From positions 72,788,001 through 72,852,000 of the forward strand of contig OX597828.1 in assembly GCA_951406725.2 (NCBI GenBank): a stretch of 64,000 nt of DNA, written 5' to 3'. This document shows, piece after piece, positions 43,681 to 59,026 of this stretch. The notes below the pieces were generated by a model that searched no databases, was not told the DNA's origin, and saw only the letters and a list, made by a program, of their open reading frames with translations. Position numbers and translations under genes: made by a program. Source of the stretch: Octopus vulgaris (lineage: Eukaryota). The first letter of the stretch is position 1; each line of letters begins with the position of its first letter.

Positions 43681-44540
43681 GCATATATATGATTATATCT
43701 ATATCATTATCACGGTATCGAATTCTGTCATTTGATGTGAAAGTGTAAAGTAGCAATTCGATGATATGTAATCAATGAAATATATGAGATGACTGAAATA
43801 CGAAACAGGAACGAACAATATCGACAAAAGCCTTCAAGATGGTGACCCATCATGGCTGAATTCCAACAAAACAACAAAACAATAACAGAATAAAAGGCTA
43901 ATATAAAACATTTCAGAACTAATGTACCAAACTGCCAAATCGCCGTAGAGAATTTTCTTGAGAGCATTCTGATATTAGTATAAATGCATTAAATAAAAAT
44001 TAATTGAATACTTAATATCGGTGTTGTACAGAGGCCAAATATGAGCAACCGGAAGAAGCAAATTCACCATTCATTTGTTTCCGGTAACAACGCGGAGACA
44101 AATTTGTAATTGGTTGGGATGTGGGTCACTGACCTCGATGCAACGTTATTGAGAGATTTGAATACGATTTTATTGATGCGAACGAAAGTCGACACCAATG
44201 GAAGTTTAGTAATGTGTTAGTATCGACCAAGACACAGCGAAGGATTTGGATTATCTTTGTAGCACTTGCTCCCTTTACTACAAAGCTCTAACTACACGCC
44301 TACTTATGTACATACGTAAGTATATACACACGTATATACATACATGTTCGCATACATTTGTACGTATATACTTGGGTGCATAGATACGCACGTACATAAT
44401 TAAACTGAAGCGTGCCTACATACACATATACGCGTACAAATACTTACCTACATATATAGGTACATGGAAGCACATAAGAATATGTACCTTACATGACACA
44501 CTTACATATAAATATATACACATATATACAGAAATGAAGC

Positions 44541-44698
44541 AGACGTGACTGTGTGGTATGAGGCTTGGTTCCAAACGACACTGTTCGGGCTTAGTGCCAT
44601 TGCGTTGGCACTTTGGGCAGATTTCTTAAAACTAAGTCTCGAGCTGACCAAATCTCTGCGAGTGGATTTGATAGACGGAAGCTGAAAGAAGCTCATCG

Positions 44699-44790
<92 letters not shown>

Positions 44791-45035
44791 TGTGTGTGTG
44801 TGTTTTTGTGTGTGTGTTTGTATGTGTGTGTGTGTGTGTGTGTGTGTTTTCACTCACTACCATTTGACAACCGGCGTTAGGGTGCTTAAACCCTCGTAAC
44901 TTGCCGGTTCGGCAAAATAGCCTGGTGGAATAAGTAACAGGCTGTAAAAATTAAGGACCAGCGTCGATTCGCTCGACTAAATTTCTACAGTGTGGTGCTG
45001 CGGCATGGCGGCTGTCTAATGACTGAAGCAACAGA
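44541..45035 (+). mobile_element. SINE family B copy
   Basis: Same head, microsatellite and tail layout as 56334-56770. Confidence 0.75.
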
Positions 45036-46592
45036 TAAACGATACAAGGACGTGTGCACATACATAGGCATACGCGTGTATAGTAGATCCAATCAGCCAT
45101 TCGGAATATATCCCCACCGTTATCGCTACCAATATTACTCCCAGAACAACCACCACACCAACGCCACTGAGGCCTTGCGTTTAGCAAATCCAACAATGTT
45201 TCTGACAATAAATTCCGATCTTTCTCCCAAGGTTACAGAGACAGTTAAAAGTCTCATAGAAGCTACTTTCCCTATTTTAAGCCGTTAAAAGCCCGATAAT
45301 GGAAATCTGTAACTTATTATATATTCCATAATATTTTATCGTAAGATTCGCCCTGGATAGGAAGGTGTTAAATATTGATTAGCTTCCAGTCGCTTTCTTG
45401 ACATTAGATCGTTTTTTCAGAAAAAACACTGCCGTGTAAATCAACCGAATATTAAATTATCTCCCTTTACCACGAAATTTCTTTTTCACTTTGCTGCTGA
45501 CCGCCACCGTTTATTCTTCTACGACGATAATTTGGGGAAGAACTGGATTTCAGAATGAATTTAATACATTAATCAAATATCTCTTAGAACATACTAGAAC
45601 TCTGACTGAAATTAGGTTAGTTGTATGCTATATTCTAGAAGACTGGACAATTGTACTAGATTTACGGAGCATGAGCAAATTGCTGGCAAGCTTTTCAAAT
45701 TATTTTACAAAAGATAGCAATGCGTGTTGTGTTCTGAAGTAGAGAGAGAAGCAACCAGCCACGCGAAAATCTGTTTGTGTTACGCTTAGACGCTTATTCG
45801 AATGAAACCTACCGGCGACATTGGGCCTATGAAGGTTAAATAACTATTTTTGAATAGACTCATAATGGAAGCTGCGCACATTTAGTTGTTCATCTCGATG
45901 AATATATTATAGTTTTTATTTTTAAATTGAAAATAGTGCAACAATTAACGAAAGAATCGAAACAATATATGGATAAACCTGTTTTATCAGAAAAAGTTTT
46001 ATCCAGATTCAATACGATTTTGGAACTTGGAATATGTTGGTGTCGTTCGTCTAGAAATTACCCTTATTTAAATAAAATGAAACGAAGGCAAGTCTTCCGT
46101 CCGTACACAAATAGACAATCAGTACCTGAGTATACGACTGGTACGAGATAAAACTAGATAAATTGAATCCACATATATGGTTCATTAATTTGGAGATATC
46201 TTGCTAAAACGTGAAGTAAAATATGGTACCTTAACATTTAACGGGTCAAAATAGAAATTCGATCGCTTTGACCGATGGCAATGTAGTGGAACTAAACATA
46301 TATCCAAAGTAAATGAATAAAAATGTCAACTTCAGATTATTGCAAGTAATTAGACATGATGTAGTCTATGTAGAGATATATGAACCAAGAAAGATTCTAA
46401 ACAAAACACTCCATTTGACATTAAGTCCAATAATTAGAAAGAATAGGATTACAAAAGGCTGAGCGGCATTTCGCCCGTCTTTACGTTCCGAGTTCAAATA
46501 TCACTGAGTTCGACTTTGCCTTTCATCATTTGGCAGTCGATAAGATAAGTACCATTTGAACAATGGGTCAATTATTATTATTATTATTATTA

Positions 46593-46645
<53 letters not shown>

Positions 46646-47389
46646 GAGCAAGAGAGCAGTGCATGCCATCAAAGTGACGCTGGGGTAAGATATACGAAGC
46701 CCAGTACACCCATCATAACTACCCGTCTGATAAGCAGACCCCAAGCCCATGCGTCACAACCATATGTGCACAACATAGTGATCTCATATTAAGATACACA
46801 GCCTATGACCTTGCAAGTGGGGCCCAGTTAGAATTTTCTTTGAGAAGCCTATTCTGCTCAAAACGTCCCTGAATAAGGGTTGTTTAAGGATGTTGGATGG
46901 AAACACAATGTTTCCAGAGGTGAATTACTCAAACCCCAAAGAATCCCTCTCAACACATGGGTATGATGCTCCCCCACTATTTCTGGCCGTGATCAGAGAT
47001 GCACATATTGCCAGCCACTAAGGGACATGGTCAACTGGTTAAGGTGAAACAACTGACAAGCAAGTCTATGGTATTGAGCAGAATATTTACTGTAGTCTAT
47101 CTTTTATACCAAGACAAAACAATGTACATGATAACACTTCCAATAAAGTAGGATGAGAAACCATGAGAACCAGTGTCTAGTTATCACTATTCATTCAATT
47201 TGGTTTCCATTTCTTGCCGAATGTCTTCCTGACACCTAGGGCATAGAAGGAAAGAAAGAAAGGAAGGATTAAGAGGAAGAAGCGAAGGAGGAAGAAGAAG
47301 AAGAAGAAGAAGAAGAAGAAGAGAAGAAGAAGAAGAAGAAGAAGAATTAATTTTTATTTCGACCAAAGTCATGGTCTTACTCAAGATTC

Positions 47390-47950
47390 AAATGTGATGA
47401 TTGACATTAAAACCCCTCAAATGTGTCAGGTCATTAAACTATCTTGGAAGTATAGTAAACTTTGTGAGTACTCAGGATGATGAAATTAATGTTAGAACAT
47501 CTAAGGTTACAAATGCTTTTGGAAAACTTCCCCATCGTTTGTGGAACAAACACAGTTTCAAAACTAAAATAAGTGAATACAAATCTTGTATTTTGGGCGC
47601 GCTTTTGTACGGGGAAGAAATATAGACTTCCTGTAACATTCATATAAAGAAACTAGAAACATATCACTTGTGCGGTCCTCGAGAGATCTGCAACACAAAA
47701 TGGAAAAAGAAAATTAGAAGAATACCTCCATGAAAGTAAGCATGGTTTTGAGAATTCAATGCAGATCGGTTGGACATGTTGTTCGAATGCAAGATAATCG
47801 CCTACCGAAACTCTTTTATAGGGTCAATACGTAAAGGGATTACGCGGCTAAATAAGATCCATCCTTAGATATAGGATATGTTGAAACGATCGCTAAAATC
47901 CATACAGCTTAATTTAACATTTTGGGAAAATTATTGCCTAGATTGATCTG
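47390..47950 (+). mobile_element. RTE-clade LINE relic (reverse transcriptase C-terminal region)
   Basis: LNYLGSIV...DDEINVRTSKVTNAFGKL..RLW...KTKI..YKSCIL..LLYG.E followed by GHVVRMQDNRLPK..FY, with stops and frameshifts. Confidence 0.75.
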
Positions 47951-48252
47951 AGGGTTTTAAAAAGTATCTTCATGCATCAAAACGATTTGTGTTGAAGAAA
48001 CAGAAGAATAAAAGGATTCTATCCGGCAATCAAAAGACACATTTATATCCAACGCCAAGCAATATCGAAATCATCACTGTCCCCTTTGTGACTTCATACC
48101 AAAATCCATAACGGGAGTCTACGTTGCTTCTCCTATTTTCCATCACCTTTTCAAGTCATTTCCTTCTAACACTCATACGTTGAAATCAACGCGAGTGATC
48201 ATCATAATCTTCCTCCTCCACCTCCTCCTCCTCCTCCTCCTCATCGTCGTCG

Positions 48253-48310
<58 letters not shown>

Positions 48311-48319
48311 TTCTCTTTA

Positions 48320-48540
48320 TCTCAGGTTTTGCTGGAGCTCCTGGAGTCTTGTATGCGTAACGGGCTTACTACCTGCACCCTACGGTACCACGCCATTAAT
48401 TGCTTTCAGCTCTCAAATACTTTCCTGATTATTCTGGCCGTGACAAGGTGGCAGACCTTTTGTAACAGTTCTTGCCTTCTGATACTGTTCCCAAGAACCC
48501 AACAATAATTGGCACTATGTTCACCCTTCTTAATTTTCCA
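48320..48540 (-). mobile_element. 3' relic of an R4/Dong-like RLE non-LTR retrotransposon
   Basis: Minus strand gives VNIVPIIVGFLGTVS / ELLQKVCHLVTARIIRKVFES*, the typical VPIVxGxLG...LQK..LLGTARILRKVL terminus. Flanked by (TCA)n and (TAT)n tracts. Confidence 0.65.
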
Positions 48541-48551
48541 TATTATTATTA

Positions 48552-48619
<68 letters not shown>

Positions 48620-51600
48620 TACATTCTTCTATCTATCTATTATACACACACACACACACATCTGTTTGTTTAACGAAGTTTGATGTTAATTATTATGGAA
48701 AAATTACTTCCTTTCGACAAGAACAAATATTTGAAAATCCGTTGTAGCGAAATATTTATCACAAACAACGATCATAGAAACTGCTAACCTAAAAACCTTG
48801 TCTATGTTAATTGGTAATTTCAAACATTTACGTATAATTAATCGCCATACTGTTGATCGTTAGAGAATAATTCCGAAACGTTAATCTCTCAGACGCTAAC
48901 AATTTGTCTCATAAAAGGAACATAATGAATTATTATGAACGGAAATTAATGGATGATCAGAGATATTTGATAGTGGTGCCATAAATGGCAACAGATTAAA
49001 AATACTTTAAACGCTTGATTATCAGAGCAGAATTAATGTTTTTTTATTTTAATGGCTTAGAAAAGGAAGTGCAGCCAGGGCTCATGAATTTTTTATAGCA
49101 CCAACACTATTAAGAAGGAGAGAGATGTTATTGTTTCCACCAGAGTCCGGAGTCGAATTTGCTCATCGATATGTATCCACTACATTACCCAAGGGCCAGT
49201 TTGGATTCTTCAGCCTGGTTACACGGTGTCACCCATGAACATAAACGGTTCCTACAAGGGGCTTCCACGAAGATTCTATTAAACTTCGATCTGAAGTATT
49301 TTGGAGCCGTTGCCAAAACACACACACACACGCGCGCGCGCGCGCATAAACACGCACACGCACACACACAGACAATGGTTTCAAATTTTGACACAAGTTA
49401 GCAATTTCGGATGTGGGTACAAATCCACAACATGGACCGCCAGTGCTCAACCGGTACTCATTTTACCGACCCTGAAGAGATGAAAGGCAAAGACGACCTC
49501 GGCACCATTTGAACTAAAACCGTAAACATGGACTAAATGCCGCTTAGCCTTTTGCCCGTGGCGCTAACGATTCAGCCATCGCGCCGCAATACATACATAT
49601 AAAGATGCTTTTATTCCTAAAATGACTTTAACTAAATAAAGAAATTAATTCGTATTGAAGAGTTAAATGCTTATTCTTAAACAAGTGAGAGTGACTTCGA
49701 AGTTTCGAGAGCATCGGTTTTAAAACTGTTTGAGGAACAGATATTGGCGATATATAAAAGTTTACAAGAATCAGATATATGATCAATAGTTGTAAAATGT
49801 TGAGAAGAATTATCAGCAAAAATGATTTATCTAATTGTATCACCAATCTTTATAAAAACCAAACTATGCTAAAAATATTGCTTTAGAGCAAGATCTGGAA
49901 GATAAAACCCAATCACTTGCTACATAAAAAATAAACAATACCATATTCTTTATAAAGATCACCATAAAGTAAATGTTACTAACAATAGTTCACTTGATTT
50001 GTTTCTTTTCCTATTAGTGATTAATTTTTTTTCAAAGTTGTTAACTTCCTTCGTGTTATATTTAACCCAGATAATTCACAAAATGGATTCCACAAAGTGA
50101 GAGCAAAAATCAATGGAAAGATTTTACATATTACCAAATTCTGCATCATCCCAAGAATACTTTTAAGTATTAAGTAGAAAAAAAATGTTTCCGTATAACA
50201 ATGTACCTTATCTTCAAACGAACAGGTTTTTATTGAAATATCCAACTATTACGATGAAGAACGCGGTGGAAGCTGCTACAATAAAAACAGTAAAATATAA
50301 TCAGAATATAGTTTGCTAGAAGACTAACCAAACATAGAAAGAGAAATGTAGACGGGTATAATCCATTGTTTAGTGGCACCTGTTGCTAAATATTTTCCAA
50401 GATGCTATAAGAGAAAAAACATTTTCCTCTAAACCACAAAGTCTATAAATTATTGTAGTAAAATTATGTTACGATCTCTTAAGCAAGCATACACGTTTTG
50501 CCCAAACGCTAACGACTTCTATTATTTTAAAATCAAACACCTTATGCCGTCGACGTCGTTTTAATTGTATTAATATCTATACTTATACTTGTGCATGTGA
50601 ACGAAATTGCAAGGTTATAGAATAAATTTGTTGCGTGAAGATCAACATCAACTTGATGCTATTCTAATTAGGTAGAGTGAGAGGTTTTCCCAATGACAAA
50701 CTACAGTGAATGGCCTTCTTACGAGTTTAAATATGCCTCAAATATATTCGAACTGGTTACAAGTATTTTATTTATACAAATCAGTTTAACGCTGTCACAT
50801 CAGGTCTACTATATTAGTTTCATTGCTAACTCATTGAAAAATTACACATATACACACACACTTTGAATCTCACGAGGAATGGCCAGTACCTCATTTTTTA
50901 GTTATACATCGTCTTAGTCATCTTACAAACGTTTTGATATTACGTGGAAATTTTTGTTTTACACTTGCTTAAACAAGTTCTGTGTCACTGTTGCACTTCT
51001 GAAATATACGAAATTTTCAAGCTTAAATGATTTAATAGCTTCACTAAAGTCGTCTTATCTTGTAAACATAGAATCTTTATAAATTGAAACCTCTAATATT
51101 TTAAGCTTATACTTTTCCTTAGGAGATAATATTCCACGCCCTTACTTTCTTCTAGTATATGTACGTTCTTAATAATATAAACACTTTCACCACATACAGT
51201 AACCGCTCACGTTAACAAACCGCCATTGTGCATGTGATCATTCTAACTTCCTGAGTTTAGTACAGGATATCCTTAGTACGGAATATCTGTACAATTACAG
51301 CCTATAAATCCGTTTTTTTTAATTACAATACAGTTCACCCTTTTGGTCTAGTATTCTAAAATTTTAAACCACAACTTAATATTTTATTCCTTCACTTTCT
51401 GTATTCAAATTATTATTAAAATCATTATCAACAATTATTTTGCTTAAATCTTTCGAGTGAATGGGTTAAATTAAATTTCTGTTGCCGGATCTAATTATAC
51501 CACAATTGGTATCCTACCTTATTGTATTTTATTTATTATTCAGCTTTATAATCAAGAATCATTCTAGATTTTGTGATAGCTTCTTTCATATATAATTACA

Positions 51601-52137
51601 TGTATTCGTTCACTAATCAATATAAAAATTTCTGATACACTTACATATCGTAACCTGTAATATTATTCTGTTTTTTATCCCCTTGTGATATCGTCAAAAC
51701 CATTCAATTTTAGCTTTACTTCTGCATTCAATGCGACAAAATTTCTTTAAAACTTGATATCATGCATAGTGCATTTGTTTGTGTATATAGGTGGGTATGT
51801 GTGCAGGTGTGTGCATGTGTATGATGTATTTTAGTAAATAATTCCATTGAACTCGCTTTTACGTATTTCATCTCAACGCCACATTGAAGTTTCCATACAA
51901 AGAACGATCTATTTGCAACAACATTTTAATATCGATTGCTGTTTTAAGAGATACGGTTTTGCTTATATTTATTTCACTGCCTTACATTTATGCATACATG
52001 CATGCATGTATGAATAGGTACATATGTACGTACAGACACACATGCGTATATAAATATATATGCATAGGCACATATATTTGTATATATGATAAATATTGAT
52101 GTAGATCCACAAACACACACACACTCACACACATGCT

Positions 52138-52169
<32 letters not shown>

Positions 52170-52852
52170 AACACACACACACATATATACACACATATAT
52201 ACACACATATATACAGATTGTACCTAAATCTAAACATACTGCTATATAGGTATATTTTTACCAAATATCTCTTATACAACTCTTCATACACAGGCAAACG
52301 CACGCTCGCACCCACACAGACACACAGACACACACTCACACACGTACACACATACAAACACACACTCACACACGTACACACATACAAACACACACACACT
52401 CAGGCCGTTCGATATTAAATTGCTAGATGATTATCACTTCATACATATCAATACATCTTAATACATCTTACTATATCTAAAGTCCTATTTTCTTGGATAC
52501 CAGACTTCACATTCCTTTTAAAAGTAGCAGTTTATATTGCACTTGCATATATGTATATATATAAATAAAATTTTCGTTCTATCCACATAATTCTACTTTA
52601 GCATAATATATTTATCTGTTTCTCTAAACCACTGTCTTTTTCCTTTTTTCCCCCCAACCTCTCTATATCTATCAATAAATGAATTTCCTATAGAAAAATA
52701 TGTACCTTCAGAAAGAATTGTTTTTAAATTCTAAATTGCAAGCCTTGTGTTCAGTCTAAAGTGTACTTCAGTGTTAATTTAATCTGGCAAAAACAAGCAA
52801 AATTTAATAATGGTATTGTTTTACACATTATATATACAAATATTTGTATATT

Positions 52853-52887
<35 letters not shown>

Positions 52888-52899
52888 CATGTATGTATG

Positions 52900-52937
<38 letters not shown>

Positions 52938-53005
52938 CATTCATGTGTGTGTGTGCGTGTGAAAGAGAGTATTATATAAACACGTATATATTTATGCTAT
53001 ATATG

Positions 53006-53061
<56 letters not shown>

Positions 53062-53547
53062 ATATGGCTTTTAGTAACAGATATTTGCAAACGTTGTATT
53101 GATTCGTAAACATCGTGTATACGAACAAAATTGTATGATATTATGCACGTTTTGTTGTATTGTCATTGGAATTCTAAGATATGATATCGGTTTTTTTCTT
53201 TGCTTTGTGTAACAGAATCAAGAGACGATGTTCCGTCCAATGTATTGAAGTAGACGTTCTTTCTTTAATATAGGGTCATATACATACATACACACATAAA
53301 TATATGTATGTATATATGTATATATGTATATATATATATATATATTATACATATGTATGTGTGTGTGTGTGTATGTGTGTTTGTGCGTGTGTGTGTGTAT
53401 CCTTGTATGTATGTATATTAATTCCTACAGGAGACGTAGGTTCCAGTTCGGCAGGCACCCTCCGAATTTTTCTCTCCAAGAGGATTTTCCAACCCAATAT
53501 TTACATTCTATAGAATGTAAATAGAATTATGTGGATAGAACGAAAAT

Positions 53548-53580
<33 letters not shown>

Positions 53581-54659
53581 GCAAGTGCAATATAAACTGC
53601 TACTTTTAAAAGGAATGTGAAGTATACACACACACACACGCACAAACACATACACACACACACATACATATGTATAATATATATATATATACATATATAC
53701 ATATATGCATACATATATTTATGTGTGTGTATGTATGTATGTATATGACCCTATATTAAAGAAAGAACGTCTGCTTCAATACATTGGACGGAACATCGTC
53801 TCTTGATTTATAGCAAATAAGCATATTACAAAAGAGAATTGTTCCACATTATTTCATTGTTTACGAAGTTCATAAATTATTGTGACGTCACCAACAGATG
53901 CATATACATACATATATATATATGTTGGACCATTGGACTCAACACGTTTTTACATTCTCTCACTATTTCCCCTTCCTCCTTCCTGTCGAAGAGTGAAGGC
54001 TCGAAACGTAAAAGACATTTCCATTTTTCTCGAGCGTCAAACTCATACACCAGCCGTTGTTCCTACACCTGTCTTCGTCTTTGTTTTCCTATAAATTTGA
54101 AATATATATATATATTTAACAACAGATAACTACGTAGACAGATTACTACGTATCTGTCTATATACATGTGTATATATATATATATATGGGTGTGTCTCTG
54201 TGTGTGTTTATTGGGAGAATCTTTAGAGCATCGGCTAACCTGCATTATGATCTTCGTTCTGGTATTTTATTGCATAAATTCAAGCTCCTGGCAGTCACTT
54301 TTACATTTGAAACCTTCGGGATTGGTATATGTATTATTTGGAATTTCTGAGGACGATTGTTCTTTTTCTTTTTTCACACCTTCTCTTTGGAAAGAAATCA
54401 AGTATGTTCCAACTTGAAGAGAAATGTTCCTCATTGTTTTATATGCCCTGACATATGCCGTATGTCAGAACTCCCTTCAGGAGTCGAACCTTTCACCCCA
54501 TCGTCAGAAGAGAGACACATTTTCAATATGCTTCGCAGAGAGATATCGAACTCGAAAATGCTTAGTTACAAATTGATCTCCTTACTCACGCGGCAATTTT
54601 TGCACCTACACATTTAACTGCAAGTAATTTACCAAAGACTATTTTCTCTGCTCCTAAAA

Positions 54660-55020
54660 TCCACCCTTCCATCCATCCATCCATCCATCCACCCACCCAT
54701 CCATCCATCCATCCATCCATCCATCCATCCATCCATCTATCCATCCATCCATCCATCCACCCATCCATCCATCCATCCATCCATCCATCCATCCATCCAT
54801 CCATCCATCCATCCATCCATCCATCCATCCGTCTGTTCATTCATATTCTTTGCCCATTATTCCTAGGATGTTCGTGAGGATAGAGTCGTCACTCACTTCC
54901 TTCGTAGTGTCCCATCAGAAGTATTCGTCATTAGACTCTCCAGTTAGGTTCTTAAGCCAATTGAGACTATGGGTTTTATCCAACCATCTCGTTCTGTGTC
55001 TACTGCAAGGGGTTCTGCCG
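54660..55020 (-). mobile_element. Possible RTE 3' end with (GGAT)n tail
   Basis: The minus strand contains SRHRTRWLD, similar to the RTE GRPRxRWxD motif, and is followed by a (CCAT)n tract at 54660-54830. Confidence 0.4.
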
Positions 55021-55174
55021 AGTGGCAGACAAGGCTGAATGAAGTTGAACCATTATTTTTTCTAACTGTTACCTAAAACCTTTCCGGAAAACCCACTGGA
55101 ACTTCCTGTCCAAATGAAGTTTAGAACTATCTCATTTTTTTGTTCATTTGTTGATTTTATCACTATCTTCTCAT

Positions 55175-55239
<65 letters not shown>

Positions 55240-55916
55240 ACTCTTTATTCATGTCTGAATTCATGTCTGTTGTTAAATGCTTCATTAAACTTTTACAAAT
55301 CGTGTTAATCAAGCTTGAATATCGAACCATACTTACATAAAAATTATTTGTAAGTATGATAAAATTTCATTCTGCATATATGTTTTTGCTTTCTAATTGA
55401 GCTGTGATAATCAGAATGATCGATTTAATGATTATCATTATTATTATTCCCCCATCGCAACATTTCTATAATCTCAAAAAATAGCAAAAAAAAAAACGGT
55501 AAAGCCAAAATTTTAAGTCAAACAAAAATTTAGAGGTTATTTACCATATTCTATTCAAATAAATCATGAGACATCATTCCAAGCGCGTAGTTCCATTATT
55601 ATAAAGTTGAACATCTTCCAACTGAAAATGTTTCGTCTAAACTTAAAGCCAATTCTTAGGATCGGGAAATGTTTAGCAGTTCGAAGAATCAATAGCGTTT
55701 CTTTCTAGCGATAAGATCCAGTGATTCAAAGGGTTTACATTCAAACAATGGTCTTTGGCATTTATCTTTTATCTTTTACTTGCTTCTTTTATTAGACAGA
55801 GGTCATGCTGGGGAACAGCGTTGAAGGATTTTAGGCGAAAAAATCAATAGAATAAATAAATCAACACCGTTTTTTAAGCGGGGTAGTGTGGGTGGGGGAC
55901 AAAAAAGACACAAACA

Positions 55917-56019
<103 letters not shown>

Positions 56020-56333
56020 GATGGGCTTCAACAGTATTTCCCACCAAACTCACTCACAAGGCATTGTTCTGGTTGGGTCTCTAGTAAAGACACTTGACCA
56101 AGGTGGATCGCTGTGGAAATGAACACGAAACCTTTTGATTGCTAAACAGCTTCTTGACCATATACGCATGTCTACGTCTATTGTGTGTAGAAATAATCTT
56201 TATTAGCATGGAAAAGATATACTAATTTTCTGTCGGTGTATTTTATGGCAAAACCAAAACACGGTAACGGCCCCGAAAATCGCAACCTTTTGGATTTTAG
56301 ATCTTAAAAATTTGATATAAAAATAAAGATATA

Positions 56334-56496
56334 GACGCGGGAGTGGCTGAGTGGTAAGAAGCTTGCTTTCCAACAATATGGTTCTGGGTTCAGTTCCCCT
56401 GCGTCGCATCTTGGACAAGTGTCTTCTAATATAACCTCGGGCCGACCAAAGACTTGTGAGTGGATTTAGTAGACGGAAATTGAAAGAAGTTCGTCG

Positions 56497-56569
<73 letters not shown>

Positions 56570-56770
56570 TTGTGTGTTTGTGCTTTTTCCTCCACCATCG
56601 CTTGACAACCGATGTTGTATTTACGTCCCCGTAACTTAGCGGTTCGGCAATATACCGATAGAATAAGTACTAGGCTTACAAAGAATAAGTCCTGGTGTCG
56701 GGGTGTTCGACTAAATCCGGTGCTCCAGCATGGCCTCAGTCTAATGACTGAAACCAGTAAAAGAATAAAG
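56334..56770 (+). mobile_element. tRNA-derived CORE-like SINE family B with internal (TA)n(TG)n spacer
   Basis: A-box GTGGCTGAGTGGT, B-box GGTTCAGTTCC, CORE-like CTTGGACAAGTGTCTT, internal microsatellite, and 3' module ...CCCGTAACTTAGCGGTTCGGCAA...CCAGCATGGCC.CAGTCTAATGACTGAAAC. Confidence 0.8.
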
Positions 56771-57715
56771 AATATACAAGTATATAAAATAATTGATTTT
56801 CTTTATTTAAATTTATTGAAACTCTTCTAAACAAAGCGACCTATATTTATAAGCAATAAAGCGAAGTTAAATGGAGTCTGCTTGGTTAGCATTTTATATA
56901 AAGCATTTATAGTAGGGATCGAGCATTGTCCCTGACAATTACAAAGCCTCGTGGAGAGCAACCTTTCTCGAATCGAAATATGGCGAGATATTTAAAGAAG
57001 TCAACAACATTAATGTAATGACTGAAAGAAATTGGATGTGATTTGATATTTCTTTCAGCAGAAAATTGGTCAGCACTAATAGCATTGAAAGAGCAATGAG
57101 AAACCACTGAATAATACTGCAAACATCACTTACAATTATAGAGTGATCGATAATGGTGTTATCGAGTATTTCCCAACGTATTCGTTATTGTTGGAAGAAC
57201 AATGCAAAGTTGAGTGATAACTGCGAAAATGTGTTGGCAATGCTGGGTGTTTTTGTGTTAGGAGAGGAAGTTATGATAACACGTTTAATATATGTAAATG
57301 AACACGTCACAACATATACAAATATCTCCACACATGCGAATAGATATTGTGTACATATATATATATATATATATATTCACACACACATTTGGTAAAATGT
57401 GGCACAAAATGGAGGCAAAAGAACGTAAGGAAACCAGGGCGTAATCCCACAATAAACGTGAACATTCTCATCCTTCATCGGTTGTCGACCGAAAGTTTTC
57501 ACCGTTTCGACGACTTATCAATGACATTGTTCAATTTGTCGGCTTCAAGAGCAGAAGGGTGCAACCGTATAAATGAGCAAGCATGAAAGTTAAAATAAGA
57601 CAAGCACAAAAAAGGAGAGGACTTTAATGTGTACATAGAGTTATATGTGTGTTTGTGTATGTATGTATGTATGTATGTATGTATGTATGTATGTATGTAT
57701 GTATGTATGTATGTA

Positions 57716-57746
<31 letters not shown>

Positions 57747-57985
57747 ATGTATGCATGTATGTATGTATGCTTATACACACTGAAGATTCTCTTACTAAAG
57801 GATACAGTGCAAGAGTAGAATATAATACTTGTTATGTTTGTATTGACTGTGAATTCAACGTTTCCTCAGACAGTAGCATATTCATACTTAGCACACACAC
57901 ACACACATACGCATACACACACTCAATCGCTCCCTCTCCCTCTCTCACACACACACACTCTCTCTCAAATGCACACACACTCACA

Positions 57986-58035
<50 letters not shown>

Positions 58036-58711
58036 AACACACACGCAATCTTACGTGTATGTATATATATGTGTGCATGTGTGTGTGTACATATATACAT
58101 ATACAAACACACGCAGGTATACGCGTATATACACGTATATACATATAAATATATTTGAATGTATATGTATATATGCATATATTTATATGTATATATTTAT
58201 GCATATATATATAAATGTGTGTGCATTTATATGTATATGATATATGAAAAAAAAAAGTATATATATATATGTGTGTGTGTGTCAAATAATAGTGATTTGT
58301 TCCGTGTAGGAAAAAGGGTTTAAGGAGCTAAAAGTCATAGAAATATAATAAGATTAGAAGGTGAGGCGGGAAGGACATAGAGGCAGACAAGACACGTGAC
58401 TGTAAAATTCTTTTCTGTTTCTATCTTCAGTTATGTATTTTCCATAAATACTTCAAATATTGTTTTTCTTGTTTTCAGGATTTCTACGCATTTTTTTCAG
58501 TTTTCAGCAGGAAGTCTCTTTATTTTTCGTCTCACTGCGAGAGTATTATATGTGTTTGTCTCTATCATTCGTTAAGTTTTGGGGATTTTTACCGAAACTC
58601 ATTTACCCACCTCTCTCCCTGTATACACAAATATATAATGCATATTAATAATATATATGCATAAATACATACATTCAAAACATACATATATATATACATA
58701 CATACATACAT

Positions 58712-58778
<67 letters not shown>

Positions 58779-58978
58779 GTTAATCCAAACAAGAAAGCAC
58801 AAAAAAGCACAACAACGCGAGGACGTGGAACAAATACATATATATATATACATATATACATATATATATACCATGATCGACCAAGCTATCAGATGTTGCT
58901 ACACATCACTGGTCACAATGCGCTTCGCGTTGTTTTAGCCTTTAAATGACGCCTACCCCCTGGCTAAGCGAGCAGGCC

Positions 58979-59026
<48 letters not shown>

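Noticed and set aside
46645-47170. Higher-GC block next to (ATT)n; similar block at 29110-29430
   Set aside because: Probably interspersed repeats, but single-copy in this window with no diagnostic motif.
54480-54512. Minus-strand CTGACGA-TGGGGT-GAAA; similar hits at 8205-8223 and 49472-49490
   Set aside because: No stem II or stem I/III pairing; chance matches or SINE remnants.
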